This document shows positions 14,513-27,647 of a stretch of DNA of 64,000 nucleotides, in pieces. The notes under the pieces are model-generated. The model was not told the origin of the DNA and did no database searches. It worked only from the letters and a program-made list of their open reading frames with translations. Position 1 is the stretch's first letter, and every line of letters starts with the position of its first letter. Both the position numbers and the translations under genes were made by a program. The stretch is taken from positions 60,576,001 to 60,640,000 of the forward strand of contig NW_024704743.1 in the NCBI RefSeq assembly GCF_018977255.1, read 5' to 3'. Origin of the DNA: Callorhinchus milii (Eukaryota).

Positions 14513-14851
14513 TTAAATAAACTGAACAGGGTCTGTGTGGTATGTAGGAGGCAGCATTGTCATTTGGTAACTGTAGTGAAGATTGTGTTGAAAATAGTTT
14601 AATCTTTCCATTGCTTTCAGCAAAATGCTGACAGATTCTAGGTTTCTCGGACTGTGATAAAAGCTAACAGGCAGAAGTAAGTTAACTGAATGAGATTTAT
14701 ACAAAAAAAGGCAGAATGCTACAAAGAATTCTTCATAAATCAATGTGTCCACTGTCAAATACTCGGCTTTTGCCTGCTGCACATTGACAGTTTTCTCAAA
14801 TGTAGAGAAAAAGTTCTTGACAGGGATCATTGACAATAAATCTTCCATGAC
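14513..14851 (-). CDS. Putative last coding exon (VMEDLLSMIPVKNFF...YHTDPVQFI*, 112 aa)
   Basis: Acceptor aaactctttcag|, phase 0; 339 nt open to TAA in AT-rich non-repeat DNA. Confidence 0.7.
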   Translation of the reverse strand, partial: VMEDLLSMIPVKNFFSTFEKTVNVQQAKAEYLTVDTLIYEEFFVAFCLFLYKSHSVNLLLPVSFYHSPRNLESVSILLKAMERLNYFQHNLHYSYQMTMLPPTYHTDPVQFI

Positions 14852-17252
14852 CTGAAAGAGTTTGATATTAGGCTGAACATTATTAAATGGCTGCACTCTC
14901 CTTTCAGCTGACTAATCCTGAATGTCTTGATAATAATAATAATCCTAATAATCCTTGCATTTGATATAGCACCTTATCACGTGTTCGAGACCTTTCAAAG
15001 CACTTCACGGATATACTGTAAAGTGAATTGACTGTATAATTTGTGGGTGAACCACAGCAGCCAATTGCACACAGTAGTGTCCCACAAACAGTCGTGGACA
15101 GACCTCCCAATAACGTAATAAGGCACTATATCAATTGCAAGGATTATTATTATTATTAATGATGATAACAGAAATATTCTGAAGGCAGCTCAGAGATATG
15201 GTTAGTTACACAAATAAATGTAGAAAGGCTGTTATGAACTTTCAAATTTACACTGTAACAATTCTTAGCTCTCAGAGAGCATAAGCATTTGACAGACACT
15301 GTGTTATGTAACCAATATGAATAAATCATTTCAGGTTTATTTAGGGTTCAATACAAGCTTTAATTTCTTATTATTCTGTGGCCTATTTTTCAGATTAAGT
15401 TAAATTTACCCTCATTTATTCTTTTTCAAACAAAACTGCAGTCAATGTTTCAATTATATTTACCATTAATTTTAGTCTTTACACATTTAAGTTAACATGG
15501 ATCGTGAGATATAATTATCTAGGGCAGAGTAACTAAATGTAATATTGAAGTGCTTTAACACAATTTAAAGTAAGTATTGTATGTCAGGGCAGATATATTA
15601 TGCATAAGAAAGACTTTGCATTTTTAGTGCCTCATCACATTGAGGACATCTGAACTTGTTGCAGCTAATTATCAAATTGGATTTCACAACACTAATTGTG
15701 AATTCTGTTTTGTTGGCATTTCCCAATGTCAAAGGTTCCTATATCCTAGCCATATGATACTGTCTGTTCATCTGCAGAGATAGCTTTCCAGTTTATGCAG
15801 ATGTGTTCAAGACAGATTCTGGGGGTTGATGAATTGTTACACCAGCTTCAGATGATTGAGGTGTTCCTACAAAAATTAAATGACTATGGGTGTTTTGTGG
15901 TTCTATGCCTACAAGGAATAGAATGCTGGAATGGGAGGATGGAAGATGATAACAGTTGACCTACTTTTCTGAAGTCAAAGGGATGGAGAATGTTAACAGT
16001 AATGGGATCAAGGGGTCACCCAGAAAACGTGATCTAAATGGCTGATGCTTCTCTGTCAAAGTTAACTGGTATTGTCATGTTCTTTTTTTGGATATGTCAG
16101 ATTGGATTATGTTCCTCTCTCACAGCAATAAAGCATATTTGCTTGGTTATTGCCTGTGATAGTCCATGACATGTCCAGTTTTCAGTTATTAAAATTGTCC
16201 GTTCAGGTGGATGTTGAAGATCCAATGGTATGTGAAAAGAGAAGGGAGTTTCTCCCGGTGTCCTGGCAAATAATCGCCCAAGTAAGAAATTGGTCACTCA
16301 CTCCAAGGCTGTTTGTAGGACATTGCTGTGCGCAAACTGGCTGCCTCGTTTTGCCCACACAACACAGAGTTAATCCAGTTTAAAGTAAAGTGAAGCACTT
16401 TGAGATGCCTAGACAACGTGATAAAGCGTTACATCAAATGCAAGGATTATTATTATTAATAGACCCAGTAGAAAATGAAGTGGGCACAAATCCACATCAG
16501 ATTGGAATGTTTGGCAGTATAATGTTTTGAGTGGCTGAATGCTGTACGTTTAAACTCCATTGAGGATAAGAAGCCCCAGATGGAGACACCAAAATGTGGG
16601 TGAGCACACAACTGAATGTGAATTGAATACTTCAATTGTTTCCTGTGTATATATCATAAAATTGTGTTCTATACAGTTTTGTATTTTGGTCAGTCCGACA
16701 CATGCAGAAACCCACCAACGCGCTAAGAATATCCAAACCAAACCAGACCACATGTGTACTCTGCCTATCCATTGGAAATTTCCCTGTCTGGAATGGAACA
16801 TACACTCTCCCTTGAGGGATGCACCCTGTTTAATCAAATTTGGGACAGTATTACATGCAGGTTGGCAAGAGCCAAGTAAAGGCTTGGGTACCCTAGAGTG
16901 TATGTTGGGGTACTGTTGGAGTTCAACCAGCCAAAAACACATAACTTACCATTGAGAGCATTGTCTATATAGCTTCCTACTGCTTGCCCAGTTAGCACCC
17001 AGCTATCCGTTCGGACTTTGGGTTGCAGGGTTAACAGTTGCTAAGTGGAAAGAATCCCTGCACCCAGTGACCAACCTTCCCCTTCAAATCTTGCCGATGA
17101 GCCAGGCTGGCTGTGCTATCATCAGCAGTGCCCTAGAGTACTGCAGATGCTCCTGGCTCAGGAACTGGGCTACAGAATCCCGAGAGGGTTGAATCAATTC
17201 CGACATTCCATTGCCAGGCATGTCAGCTCAGCTACAAGGAGACCCCACTTAC

Positions 17253-17298
17253 CTTCTCTCCAAATAGCAACAAATCTCCTCTAAAGGTTTGAAATGAC
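17253..17298 (-). CDS. Putative internal exon (SFQTFRGDLLLFGEK), phase 2-0
   Basis: Acceptor ttcttttattgcag|, consensus donor AAG|gtaagt; 46 nt. Confidence 0.7.
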
Positions 17299-20218
17299 CT
17301 GCAATAAAAGAATTCAATGAAATTGTGCCCTTTACTGCTAGATACAGGCAGTAGCAGTTTCCAAATTTGCAGCCTTCAGGTCACAGTCTTCCTCAGGGTG
17401 AATTTCCTCACACACTGCTCTTCAGATACACCAAGAAAACTGTTTTTCTCTGATACACCTTTTTCCCCACCATTCTTCAACAGGTTATGTTAAGTTCTGC
17501 TTTGGAGAGACCATCACAACAGAAATTCCCCTAAAAAGTTATTTTGTAGATCAACAAGAATTCAAGAGTATGGTTTTCAAGGCATCTGTCAGCAGATTAA
17601 AATCTATACGCCTTGGGACATCCTCCTGACTTGAAAGGCGCTATACAAATGTAATTTTGTAATGTGTTTGAGTGGAAATGCAGCAATTTCAAAGCATTAT
17701 TTCAGGGGAACAGTAAGTTCACTCTAAAATAAACAATATTCTCCCTTTTTGGTTAAATGGCAAATGCAGATATATTTTAACTAAATTAACAAGATCATGA
17801 ATGAATAATTCAAACTGGTACAAATCCAACCAATGTTCAGGTCTCTGCTTTGAGACATTCTCCCAAATGAAACCATCTACATAAGTCTAAATGTTGTTGT
17901 TGTCTCTTTTAGGTTACATTGGTTCCAAGGTGACATGCTTGGAATCAAGTAATTGTCTGTGAAGGTCTCAGTGCTTCATTTCCTGGCAGCTCTGCACTTA
18001 TCCAGTAATGTTGGTAAAGGATCAGCCAATCTGACTTGTCATCAAGAAGCAGATGATTCACTAGGATTCCCCTCACACAAATTTCTGCTAACTCTGCAAG
18101 TTAAGCCAGATAGGCCAATCCCAGCTGGACAAGCAACAGGAAGCTTGGCAGTCAGTGTCTGCAATGGCAAGCTGTGCAGGCTTATCTGGGGTAAAACACC
18201 AGGTTCCCTAGCAATGGCTCAATCTAACCAGCACCTAAATTTTCTAGAATGAGGTAAGCACAGTGGTTCTTCTGGGGAGAGCATGCACACTGCATTCCAG
18301 ATGAACAGCCATTTCTATGCATATATGAAACTCAGTAGTATTTGTAAGCATGGGTGATGGGTGTCCAGCTGTGTCAAGCAAACATTTCTTCTGCTTGCTC
18401 TCCACTCGGTGTTCCCTACATTGTGCTGAGCTTTGGGGAATGGGAGGACATTTGTTGTGCACAAATTGGTTGTTATGCTTGCCTACAAAATATACAGTCA
18501 CTACACTTTACAGTAAATCCTGTGAAGCACTTTGGGATGGCCCCCTGATGTGAATGGTGTTCTATTAAATGGGAGGATTATTATTATTGTTATTTAGATC
18601 CAATGACAGGTGACTTCAAAATACATTTGAATTTAGATTTTTCTGCTATGCATTAGCAATTAGCAATCATAACATATTTCATGTGATAATTATCACATCA
18701 AATTTGTTAAAAAACATAAAAATTTCACTCTACAATACAAACTATTATTCTTCTTTCAAGAACCCAGCACGGTCTTCTGTGTTATAAATTTCTATTTTTC
18801 TATCAACTAGTTTCGGGTGTGGACAATGTCTCTCTACAGTTGCAGCACATTGATTAAGCTAAAGATTTCAGCTCTGGCATTGATGTTCCCATCTGCAGAG
18901 AATGGCAGTCGACTTCTGTATCATAGACACCAGACTAACTCAAGATTAGTGTTAGACTGGTCTTCTGTGAAGAGGCAGAGGTAGAACGTTCTTGACAGTT
19001 ATCAACAATACCTGGAATCATTGTAAAATTGTAATGATACATTATTAATTTTTTTTACTATACTGCAAGGATTCTATGCCATTGATGACTCATTTCAAAA
19101 ACTATGCTTACATGTAAAGGAAAAAAACCTGGCATCAACATAAAAAGACAAACTAATCAAAATGGCTAAGGTTTCACCCTGCCCAGGAATCGAACCCAGG
19201 TCGTCTCGCTTGCGAGGCGAGTGCTCTACTCAAAAAGCTGCAGGATTCTACAGGACTTTTGATTAATGACAGTGCCCAAACATGTGTCTGATCATTTCAG
19301 ATTGAGTTAAGCTGTATCCTAAGTAAGCTTTGAAAAAACAATTTTACCTCTCGGAAATGATCTGCATTAAGCGGAGTCCAAGACGGCGGTGTCAGGGGCT
19401 TTTAAGACAAGTTTGGGTGCTACAGTTTTGACCCATTAATTGTAAAAATAGATTCAAATTTGGAAGAACCTCAGTGCCTACAATTAATATCATACATCAA
19501 ACACATCATTGTCAGTAATCCCATACAAAAGAACATCTGACAACCAATTCAGCACTCAATCAAGACCAGCAACCATAGGCAACAATCCCAAGGGCATCTG
19601 TACAGAGCAGATTTCATCTTTCCAATCTGGCAATAAATATACAATGAAACCAGATGTCAGAGCTTTGTTTTAGAATGAGAGCTTCATCACTCAGGAATGC
19701 TAATATATGGCAGGAGATTTTTTCAGATATCTGAATTTCATTAAAGATCTGAGGAAGATTCACAGCAATGAGTTGAAAAATCCTGGTACATATTTCCATC
19801 AGGTGCTGAAGACTATAGCAGAAAGCTTTTTCCTCATCTATGAATCAGTCGCATTGTTGTTCCACCTTGTGCCGTAACTCCCTGTCTTCAAAACCCTCTT
19901 AAAATATCTTTTACCGTACATTCGGTCAACATATCAAGCTTTCCTTTCAATTTTTATCATTCTACATACGCTACTAAAGGATACCATAGGCCACTAGTTA
20001 TAACGCAGGTGCATCTTTCAATTTTCACCAAGTGCATTATAAGAAGCTGCCTACAGCATATTGCAATCCTTTGTGTACACGAGTGATTGAATTCCAATCT
20101 ATAAAGATTCAAAATCTGATGTTGTATTTTATGGAGCTCCCATGTCAAATATTCAGTATGCCAAGGGCTCAGAAGACAAAGTCTCAGAAGAATCTTCTGC
20201 CAGAGTAGGGTAAGTATA

Positions 20219-22005
20219 ATGTGTATTCTACTATCCTCCTGCTACCTTGTCCTCCCTTCTCTCCTGGTCTCTGGCACCAATGCCATGACTGCCATTCCCC
20301 CTCTCCCCCACCCCATGCTGTCTCCTGTAGCCTGCCTGCTGATGCTGCTGATCACTCGCTCCCGATCTCTGCATGCATGTTTTGGCTGCCGCCCCGATCC
20401 GAGCTGCTCCCCCTGAAAATGTTCCTGTTCCCAACCCCCACACTCTGCTACTCCCAATCTGTCCTTCTCTCCCACCACCCTCCCGGCGTTTTCTCTCTCC
20501 TAGATCCCACCATTACATCCCTCCGCTCCAGCCTGGGCATTCTCCGCTGGGCCCATCTGGCTCCCAGCGTTGGTTTTCCCAGAGCAGACACCCCAACTGT
20601 CCCATCGCTCACTCTCTCCGCAGCAACCGCCTCCGAAAGGCAAACACCCCTTCCCCCTCCCTCAACCATACCCTCCTAACACTACCTGCTCCTCAAACTC
20701 CATGGTCACTTCTCCCCCACGACTCCAAATCCTCTCTATACCACTTTTCCCGTCACTGCCATCCACCAGGCAAACCTATCTGCATTTCCCTCCAAAATGT
20801 CCTCTCCCTCTACAACAAAGCCCTTACTATCCATGTCCTCATCCTGGATGAGCACATTGATATTCTTGGGCTTACAGAGACCTGGTTCTCCCCTGGTGAC
20901 CCCGTCCCCCTCATTGAAGCCTTCCCTCCCGGCTACACTTTTCACCACACACCCCGCCCCAACTAACATGACGGTGGGGTGGCCCTCTGGCTGTTTCTCC
21001 TCCTTTAAACACCTCACCTTCTACCATCCCTCCTCTCTCTCCCTCATAATCCTCCTAGTTTCCCGTCCCCCCACAAACCCCCTGGCTCCTTCCTCACCGA
21101 CATCTCCTCTCTCCTGTCATCCCTGTCCCTCTGCACTGAATACCTGCAGATAATGGGTGATTTCAACCTCCACCTAAACTCCCCTTGCACCACCTCCTCA
21201 TATTTCACTGCCCTCCTCTGCACTTTAAACCTCACTCTCCACATAAACTCACAACCCACAACCATGGCCATTTCCTCAACCTCGTCATCACACATGGCCT
21301 TGACATTTCTGTCATGTCTATCGTGGACAAGGCCACCTCAGACCACTTCCTCATTTCCTTCTCCTCCCACAGCTCCCTCCCCTCTTCCAAGCCCGCCACC
21401 ATTTTTTTCCGCCCTGGAAAAAGTTTCCCCTGAGTCTTTCGCAAATGCCCTCTCTTCCTTGAGACCTGCTCTCCTCTGGCCCTCCACCCACAGAGATCCT
21501 GATGCAGCCATCAAGCTGCTGAATGACCGTCTCTCCACAACCTTCAATTCCCTGGCTCCCCTGAAATCCACCTGCTCCCTCGCTACAACAGTCATCTCCG
21601 CTCACTCAAAACACAAACCCGGACGCTCGAGCGCAGATAGCAGAAATCTGGCCTCACAATTCTGGAATGCATTGTCTAAAAGGGTGGTGGAAGCCGATTC
21701 AATAACAACTTTTAAGAAAGAAGTAGATAATTATTTGCAGGGCTATGCAGAGAGACCAGGGGAGTGGGATTGTATTGGACAGCTCTTTTCAAAGAGACAG
21801 CACAGACACGATCGTCTAAATGGCCTCCTTCTGTGCTTTATAATTCTATAATTCTATGATTCTATGATTCCTCGTCCTTCTGGATCTCTCTGCCGTGTTT
21901 GACACAGTCGACCATGCCATCCTCCTCCATCGGCTCTCCTCTCTCATCTACTTTACTAGGCCCACACTCACATGGTTTGAGTCCTACTTAAGCAACTGCC
22001 TCTAA
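20219..22005 (+). mobile_element. L2 5' region with AP-endonuclease domain, internally deleted and interrupted by CR1
   Basis: LQNVLSLYNK, DILGLTETWF, MGDFNLH and TSDHFLISF motifs; RT motif [12 protein letters not shown] resumes at about 21870. Confidence 0.85.
21655..21868 (+). mobile_element. CR1 3' end inserted in an L2
   Basis: FWNALSKRVVEADSITTFKKEVD motif and (attctatg)n tail. Confidence 0.8.
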
Positions 22006-22009
22006 CGAT

Positions 22010-22290
22010 AAAATCATAGAATTGAAGTTACATCACAAACCTAACCATTTACCCCATCAAGTCTGTGTTGTTTGCTTTCTGATTGTGAGCCAATTTAATC
22101 CTACTTTTTTGCTTGCTCTTTCCTTTAATATTCCTCTTCAAGAATCTATCTGATTCTATTTTTAAGTAATTTACGGACTCTGCCTTAACCATGGTTTGTG
22201 GCAGAGAATTCTGCATTCCAACCTTTCTCTGTGTAAAGATTTTTTTGTCCGACCTCCAATTTAATGCTTTCAGAGATTATCTTAAATATT
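22010..22290 (-). mobile_element. Degraded CR1 3' end
   Basis: Similar to the 54343-54650 tail (atcatagaa..., ggcagagaattc..., ctctgtgtaaa). Confidence 0.6.
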
Positions 22291-23369
22291 TGCCCTAAAT
22301 AAAAATGAGATTCCTTAGTATGTTTTAGATTTAACTTTGGGTTTCTGTCAGAAATGTCTGCAAGAACAAAAGGGACAATCCAAGAAGGGACTTGTCTCTA
22401 AAACAGCATTGAATTCTACTGTGAGGGATGATCGTCACACAGTTTCAAAGATGGAGTGTAAATCAAAGCTTTAAAACTGTCAAGAACGCATTATTGTTAA
22501 CATTTTCTTTCTGTGTCCATTTTGGATATTTCTTTCTTCCCTTCTCTGGAGCCTCTCAGATTAGTTCAGCAATTCCATTGTTGTTACCAAGAATTTCTGA
22601 TGGCAATATTTGGCCTGTAATTCTACCTAATCTTAGTTTCTGAGACCTCTTTGCCTTAACATTGAAAATAGTGCAGAATTGTGGAAAATGCTTCAGTTCA
22701 GTCTTGACTTGGGATGCAATTTCCTAAAAAGAACGTTTTTCTAAATTAACACCAAATTAAAGAATTGTCTATAATTCTGCACAATGTTCAATTTTAATAC
22801 AAAGGGGTCTCACTCATATGCTAAGACCCAGTGATTTTTTTCCCAGGCACTGAGACTAAGTCAAAATCTGAAAATATTTGAAATGGTTAATTTAATTCCG
22901 AGAAAGTGCTTATGTTTGTGAGCATCAGCCTAGAATACCCATCATAGCAGTCATTTTGTGACAATATTACCAGACTCTTCCCTTCTTTATGAAGTGGAGT
23001 AATTCATCACATTAGGACTGATAGTGCTCACAATCTATAAAAACACCTAAGACACGCTCGAACAGAAAATAAAAAANGTTTAAAGGTTAAAAAATAACTT
23101 TCAGAAATACAAGAAAACAAGATTACGACAGAAACAGCATCGTTATTTGTAGTTTTCTCAGCAAAGTGACTCATCAGAAGATTATAAGACTTATTTGTTA
23201 AAAGGTAGTGATTTACTCCTCTGTAAGATTTGATGATTTGAGGTTTCAGTGTATTTTCAGAGCCAAACTTTTTAAATTGTGGACCCACTTAAGTGAGGGC
23301 TAGTAAGCATCTAAGTTTCTCTTTTACTGTGACACTGGTTGAAGCTTTGGAAAAAAATTTGGACAATGA

Positions 23370-23815
23370 AGGTGAGGGTGGCTTAAGGCATGGTCGAAGA
23401 GGAAGGTCTTTAGATGGGACTTGAAGGAAGCAAGAGAGGGGGTGAGGTGGAGGGTTTGCAAGATAGAGTTTCAGAGCATGGGGGCAGAGGTGCTGAATGC
23501 CTGACCGCCAATGGTGGGGCAGGGAGGACCTGAAGCAGGCCTGTGTCCGCCGAGAAGAGGGAGCGGCCAGGCTGATATGGGATTAGGAAGTTGGAAAGGT
23601 AGGGGGGGAGCAAGACTGTAGAGGGCTTTAAAGGTGAAAACAAGGGTTTTGTACTAGATTCTCTGAGGGATGGGGAGCCACTGAAGCTGGGCAAGAATGA
23701 GGATGATTGGTTCACGGAGCCTGGTGCGGGGGAGGACACAAGCTGCAGAGTTCTGACATAATCTGCAGTTTGTGGAGGGAAGAGTTGGGGAGTCCAGCAA
23801 GCAGGCAGTTAAAAT
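23370..23815 (-). mobile_element. Older L2 3' fragment; similar short relics at about 24180-24480(-), 26720-26935(-), 27985-28140(-), 28820-29210(-), 31200-31380(-), 32072-32283(+), 46970-47330(-), 50855-51085(-), 56478-56708(+)
   Basis: Shared L2 3' motifs (ccaccattgg, ggaactccat, aagaccctcctcttcgacc). Confidence 0.75.
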
Positions 23816-24050
23816 TCAATTTTAATGTCGAATGGGCTTTCTTGTGTGCTGCAAAAGTCTATGGTTCTATGTTTCTAATGATGTGATGCTGAACAGAAAC
23901 TAGTTATTTAGCTACAAAGCACAATCAACATACACTAGAAATTAAATAAAACACACTCTTTTAGCAATGCAGAGAATTGTTTCAAGAGGATATTAACAAG
24001 CCATCAGAAACTAATGTTAGTGTGAAATAACTTAAAGGTCAAGATTGCAC

Positions 24051-24127
24051 CATGGGATATGTTCTTCATGGGCCAGACACATAGGTGCTATCACTGGAGC
24101 TGGCAGGTTTAGAGCCTGCCAAAAATA
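24051..24127 (-). CDS. Putative internal exon (YFWQALNLPAPVIAPMCLAHEEHIP-W), phase 0-2; alternative in-frame acceptor at 24115
   Basis: Acceptor ttttagatttccag| (or tttttggcag|); weak donor ATG|gtgcaa; supplies the required 0-to-2 phase link. Confidence 0.5.
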
Positions 24128-25339
24128 CTGGAAATCTAAAATTATGAAAAAACACATAAAATACTGAAAAAGCATGCAACAGCTTGCATTTTCATAGTGC
24201 TCTTCATGGGGGTAGCATCTTGGAGCACTTAATAGATGCACAGCTTGACACCTAACTGAGGGGTGGTCAAAGCGGAATGGTCGAAGAGGAAGATCTTCAA
24301 GTCCGACCTGAAGACTGGTAAAGAGGGGCAAGGTGGAGGAATTAAGCCAGGGAACTCCAGAGTTTTTGGGCGAAGTGTCTGAAAGCACAGCCACCAATGG
24401 TGGAGCGGATCGGACAAGTGACATCCAGAAGGCTGGAGGAAGCTGGACGAAGGAGGTGGGTAGAGGACTAGGGGAGTGGAGTGTGAGAAAGTCAGATACC
24501 AGAGGTTAATGTGATAAACTTGGGCTCTTTCAATTTACCTGCTGTTCTTTTTCAGTATTTTCACTTTTCACGTTAGAGGTTTCAGTTTAGAAATTGCACT
24601 TCGGCTTATCCTTGAAGACCATTTTGCCTTAAAATTTAAGATTGGCCAGATTTGTGGAAAATATCCAACTTTTGCCTTAATTTGCAAGGCATTTTTTGTG
24701 CAGAACAAACTTGCAACTTGATTTAGGAACTTTCCACAATTTTGCTTGATCTTGAATATTGAGCCACAATAGTCTCACTGACTATGAATAGATGGAATTT
24801 CAAGTCTCAGGCTAAGAGTAGGAGAAACAGATCTGCTTCAACCGTTACCCAGTGGCACTGTGAAAGTAAGACCTTTTAATGACATTTAGAAACCAATTGA
24901 ATAACTAATTCAATAACAACAGTGAGGAGTCTGAGAGAGCATCAAAGGATACAGTGGAAAGAGCAGAGAATTGGGATTGGGATGGTGTAATTAGCTCCAG
25001 TGAAAGAGCGAGTATGGACTGAATTTCCTGTTGTAATTTCTGTGATTCTCAGGTTCTGTGATTAAAACAAGATTTCGGCTCAGCATGTTCCTATTTGTTT
25101 CAATAACAGAGATCTGTCCAGCTGCCCTTTAGAATAAACAACATGACAAACTTGTAGTGACTAGAACTGGAGTCAAGCAGCAGGGCAAAATAGTCAAAAA
25201 ATATTCCTTGTGACAAGAAAGATAATAATATGGTGCAGTCGTGCGTGCTATATTATAGGGTATGTATTTTAGCTAAGATTACGGTCACTGGAGATTCATG
25301 TGTAAAATTAAATGACAATGACTGCTGTACATGATCATA

Positions 25340-25870
25340 AAGGCTCACCGTCCTGTAAAATGACAGCAGAGCAGGGACTAGCCCACCCGCGTAACTGCTC
25401 CCTGTAGAAAAAGGGGACAGAACCCCGGCAGGAACATCACTGTGACAGGGGTGCGATTGGTTGGGTATATAGTGTACGTTTACGGCTTTGTGTTTGCGAG
25501 GATTCCGGGCGGGTGTTTGGGTAAAACGTGTGTGCGACGGTGCACATCGGCACAACATCCGAAAGCGGCAAATGCGCTTTATGGTGGATATAGTGCGCAC
25601 AGGGGCGCTTCCTGACTGTCTTAAGAGAGCATCCCAAAAATCATGTGTGCACAACTGGTGTGCTGTGAACCTGTCCACACGCACCACTAAGAGGGGAGGC
25701 ATAAGGAGTACAAGACCCCAATTGTAACTGCATGGCAACCCCGAGGCGAGGAAGCCTTGGTACCATCACCAAAGTGGAGTGCACAGAGGCAAACCCCACC
25801 CCACCACCCCCGCTACAAGGGACCGGATCTGTTACGTTCTGTAATGGGATAATAACACGTTGCGCCTTCT
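25340..25870. promoter_or_regulatory. Intragenic CpG/GC-rich island-like segment
   Basis: Dense CG dinucleotides not explained by the recognised repeats; gggcggg GC box near 25507; X-box-like gtaactgcatggcaac near 25724-25739. Confidence 0.35.
25349..25401 (-). CDS. Putative internal exon (G-SSYAGGLVPALLSFYRT), phase 1-0
   Basis: Acceptor cccctttttctacag|, donor ACG|gtgagc; 53 nt; in frame with the previous exon. Confidence 0.7.
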
Positions 25871-26932
25871 TTGGGATTTGATACTGTCTGAGACCAGCTT
25901 AAATATATAGCAACAAATAAATGTATATATTTTAATTTAAAAAAACATGATCATGAAATAGCAAGAGGTACGTGATCTGATTCAGGAACACAGCACATGC
26001 CATCGGAATCGTAGATGATAAACCAGTGATATTCACAGCCTTGAAAATACACAGAAACGTATTGAGGCAACTGCCAGATATTTTTGCATGGATGCAATCT
26101 GACTGATACTATATTTGACAAATACGTCGGTTTGTCATTTGCAATGAAGACAGCAGCAACCATCTCTCTGAGCGTCCTGGACTGATTTGGCAGAGGTTGA
26201 ATTGAGATTGTTCAATTAGAGCTCTGGGATATAATCACTCATCTGCAAAACCACACTGGATGATTGTCAGTCCCAATAATCTATCTGCCTTAAACGTGGG
26301 GTCTCCTTTTATTATTTGACTTTTTGATCGGGCTCTCATTTATCAATTGGGCTTTCTAAATCCACGTTAACACCCTCTTTCGACTTTGCTTGGACTTTGC
26401 TTCCACCCTCAGAGAAATGTCCTGTGGGAAGAATCATTCATGTATTTCAAGCCTAATTAAACAAATCAATTTTGTATTTATTACAAAAATTACGCCTGAT
26501 TTAAAATGTCAGACGTGTAGAATCGGGCTTCATTTTTATAACAGCTATGAAACAGCCTGTTACAACTCTTTTAAGGGGCTTTGAAGGAGTGGAACTGAAG
26601 TCAAGGATTATTATTAAGTTTATTATAAGAACAGAATTAATGTAGCTTGAAAGGACATCCTGTGCATTTTACTGAACATTTGTAAATACAATTTACTTTA
26701 TGTATCACCTTTCACATTGAGAGGACGTTCCAAAGTGGTTAACAATACTGGATGGGCAGCCCAGCTGAGAGTGGGAATCGAGTGGATGGGGAGGTCACAG
26801 GTGACTGAAAGCACTGGCAATGAAATAGGTATTGAGATGGGCCTTGAACAAGGTGAGAGAGGGTAGGAAGTGGAGAGAATCTGCAATGGAGTTCCAGAGA
26901 GTGGAGGCAGATAGGCTGAAAACCCACCTGCT

Positions 26933-27050
26933 GATTATTAATTAATAAATATTAATTATTAATATTAATACATAACATTATGTATTATTATTACATAATA
27001 TATTACATATTACAAATATAATATAGTAAAAATAATATATAATAATAATC
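26933..27050. repeat. AT-rich low-complexity (tta/aat) tract expanded from a SINE tail
   Basis: Almost pure A/T; continuous with the (aat)n SINE tail at 27040. Confidence 0.8.
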
Positions 27051-27074
27051 CTTACATTTCATATAGCGCCTTAT

Positions 27075-27647
27075 GACCATAAGACCATAAGACATAGGAG
27101 CAGGAGTAGGCCATTCGGCCTCTCGAGCCTACCTCACCATTTAATAAGATCACGGCTGATCTTCTACCCTAATTCCATTTACCCGCCCTATCCCTATATC
27201 CCTTAATCCCTCCATCTTTTAGAAATCTATCAACCTCAGTCTTGAATATGTTCAAGGACTGAGCATCCACAGCCTTCTGGGCTAGAGAATTTCACAAATT
27301 CACTACCCTCTGAACTAAGAAATATTTCCTCAACTCAGTTCGATCCTTAATCTTCAGACTATGACCCCTAGTTTTAGATTCTCCAACCGGGGAAACAGTC
27401 TCACGGCATCTACCCTGTCAAAACCCTTAAGAATCTTATAGGTTTCTATAAGATCACCTCTAATTCTTCTATATTCTAGAGAATATAGGCCTAGTCTACT
27501 CAACCTCTCCTCATAGGTCAACCCCCTCATCCCAGGAACCAACCTAATGAATCTACGCTGCACCCCCTGTTAGGCGAGTATGTCCTTTCTTAAGTAAGGA
27601 GACTAAAACTGCACAATATTCTAGGTGCGATCTCATCAAGGCCTTAT
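27075..27647 (-). mobile_element. CR1 3' fragment (same family as the 11815 copy), nested in a SINE
   Basis: Closely similar to 11820-12400 (QRRFIRLVPGMRGLTYEERL); tail (tcttatgg)n. Confidence 0.9.

Noticed and set aside
19614..19880. Short ORFs on both strands
   Set aside because: No convincing splice sites, no recognisable motif, and not needed for the exon chain.
23077..23077. Single N base
   Set aside because: Assembly ambiguity with no biological meaning.
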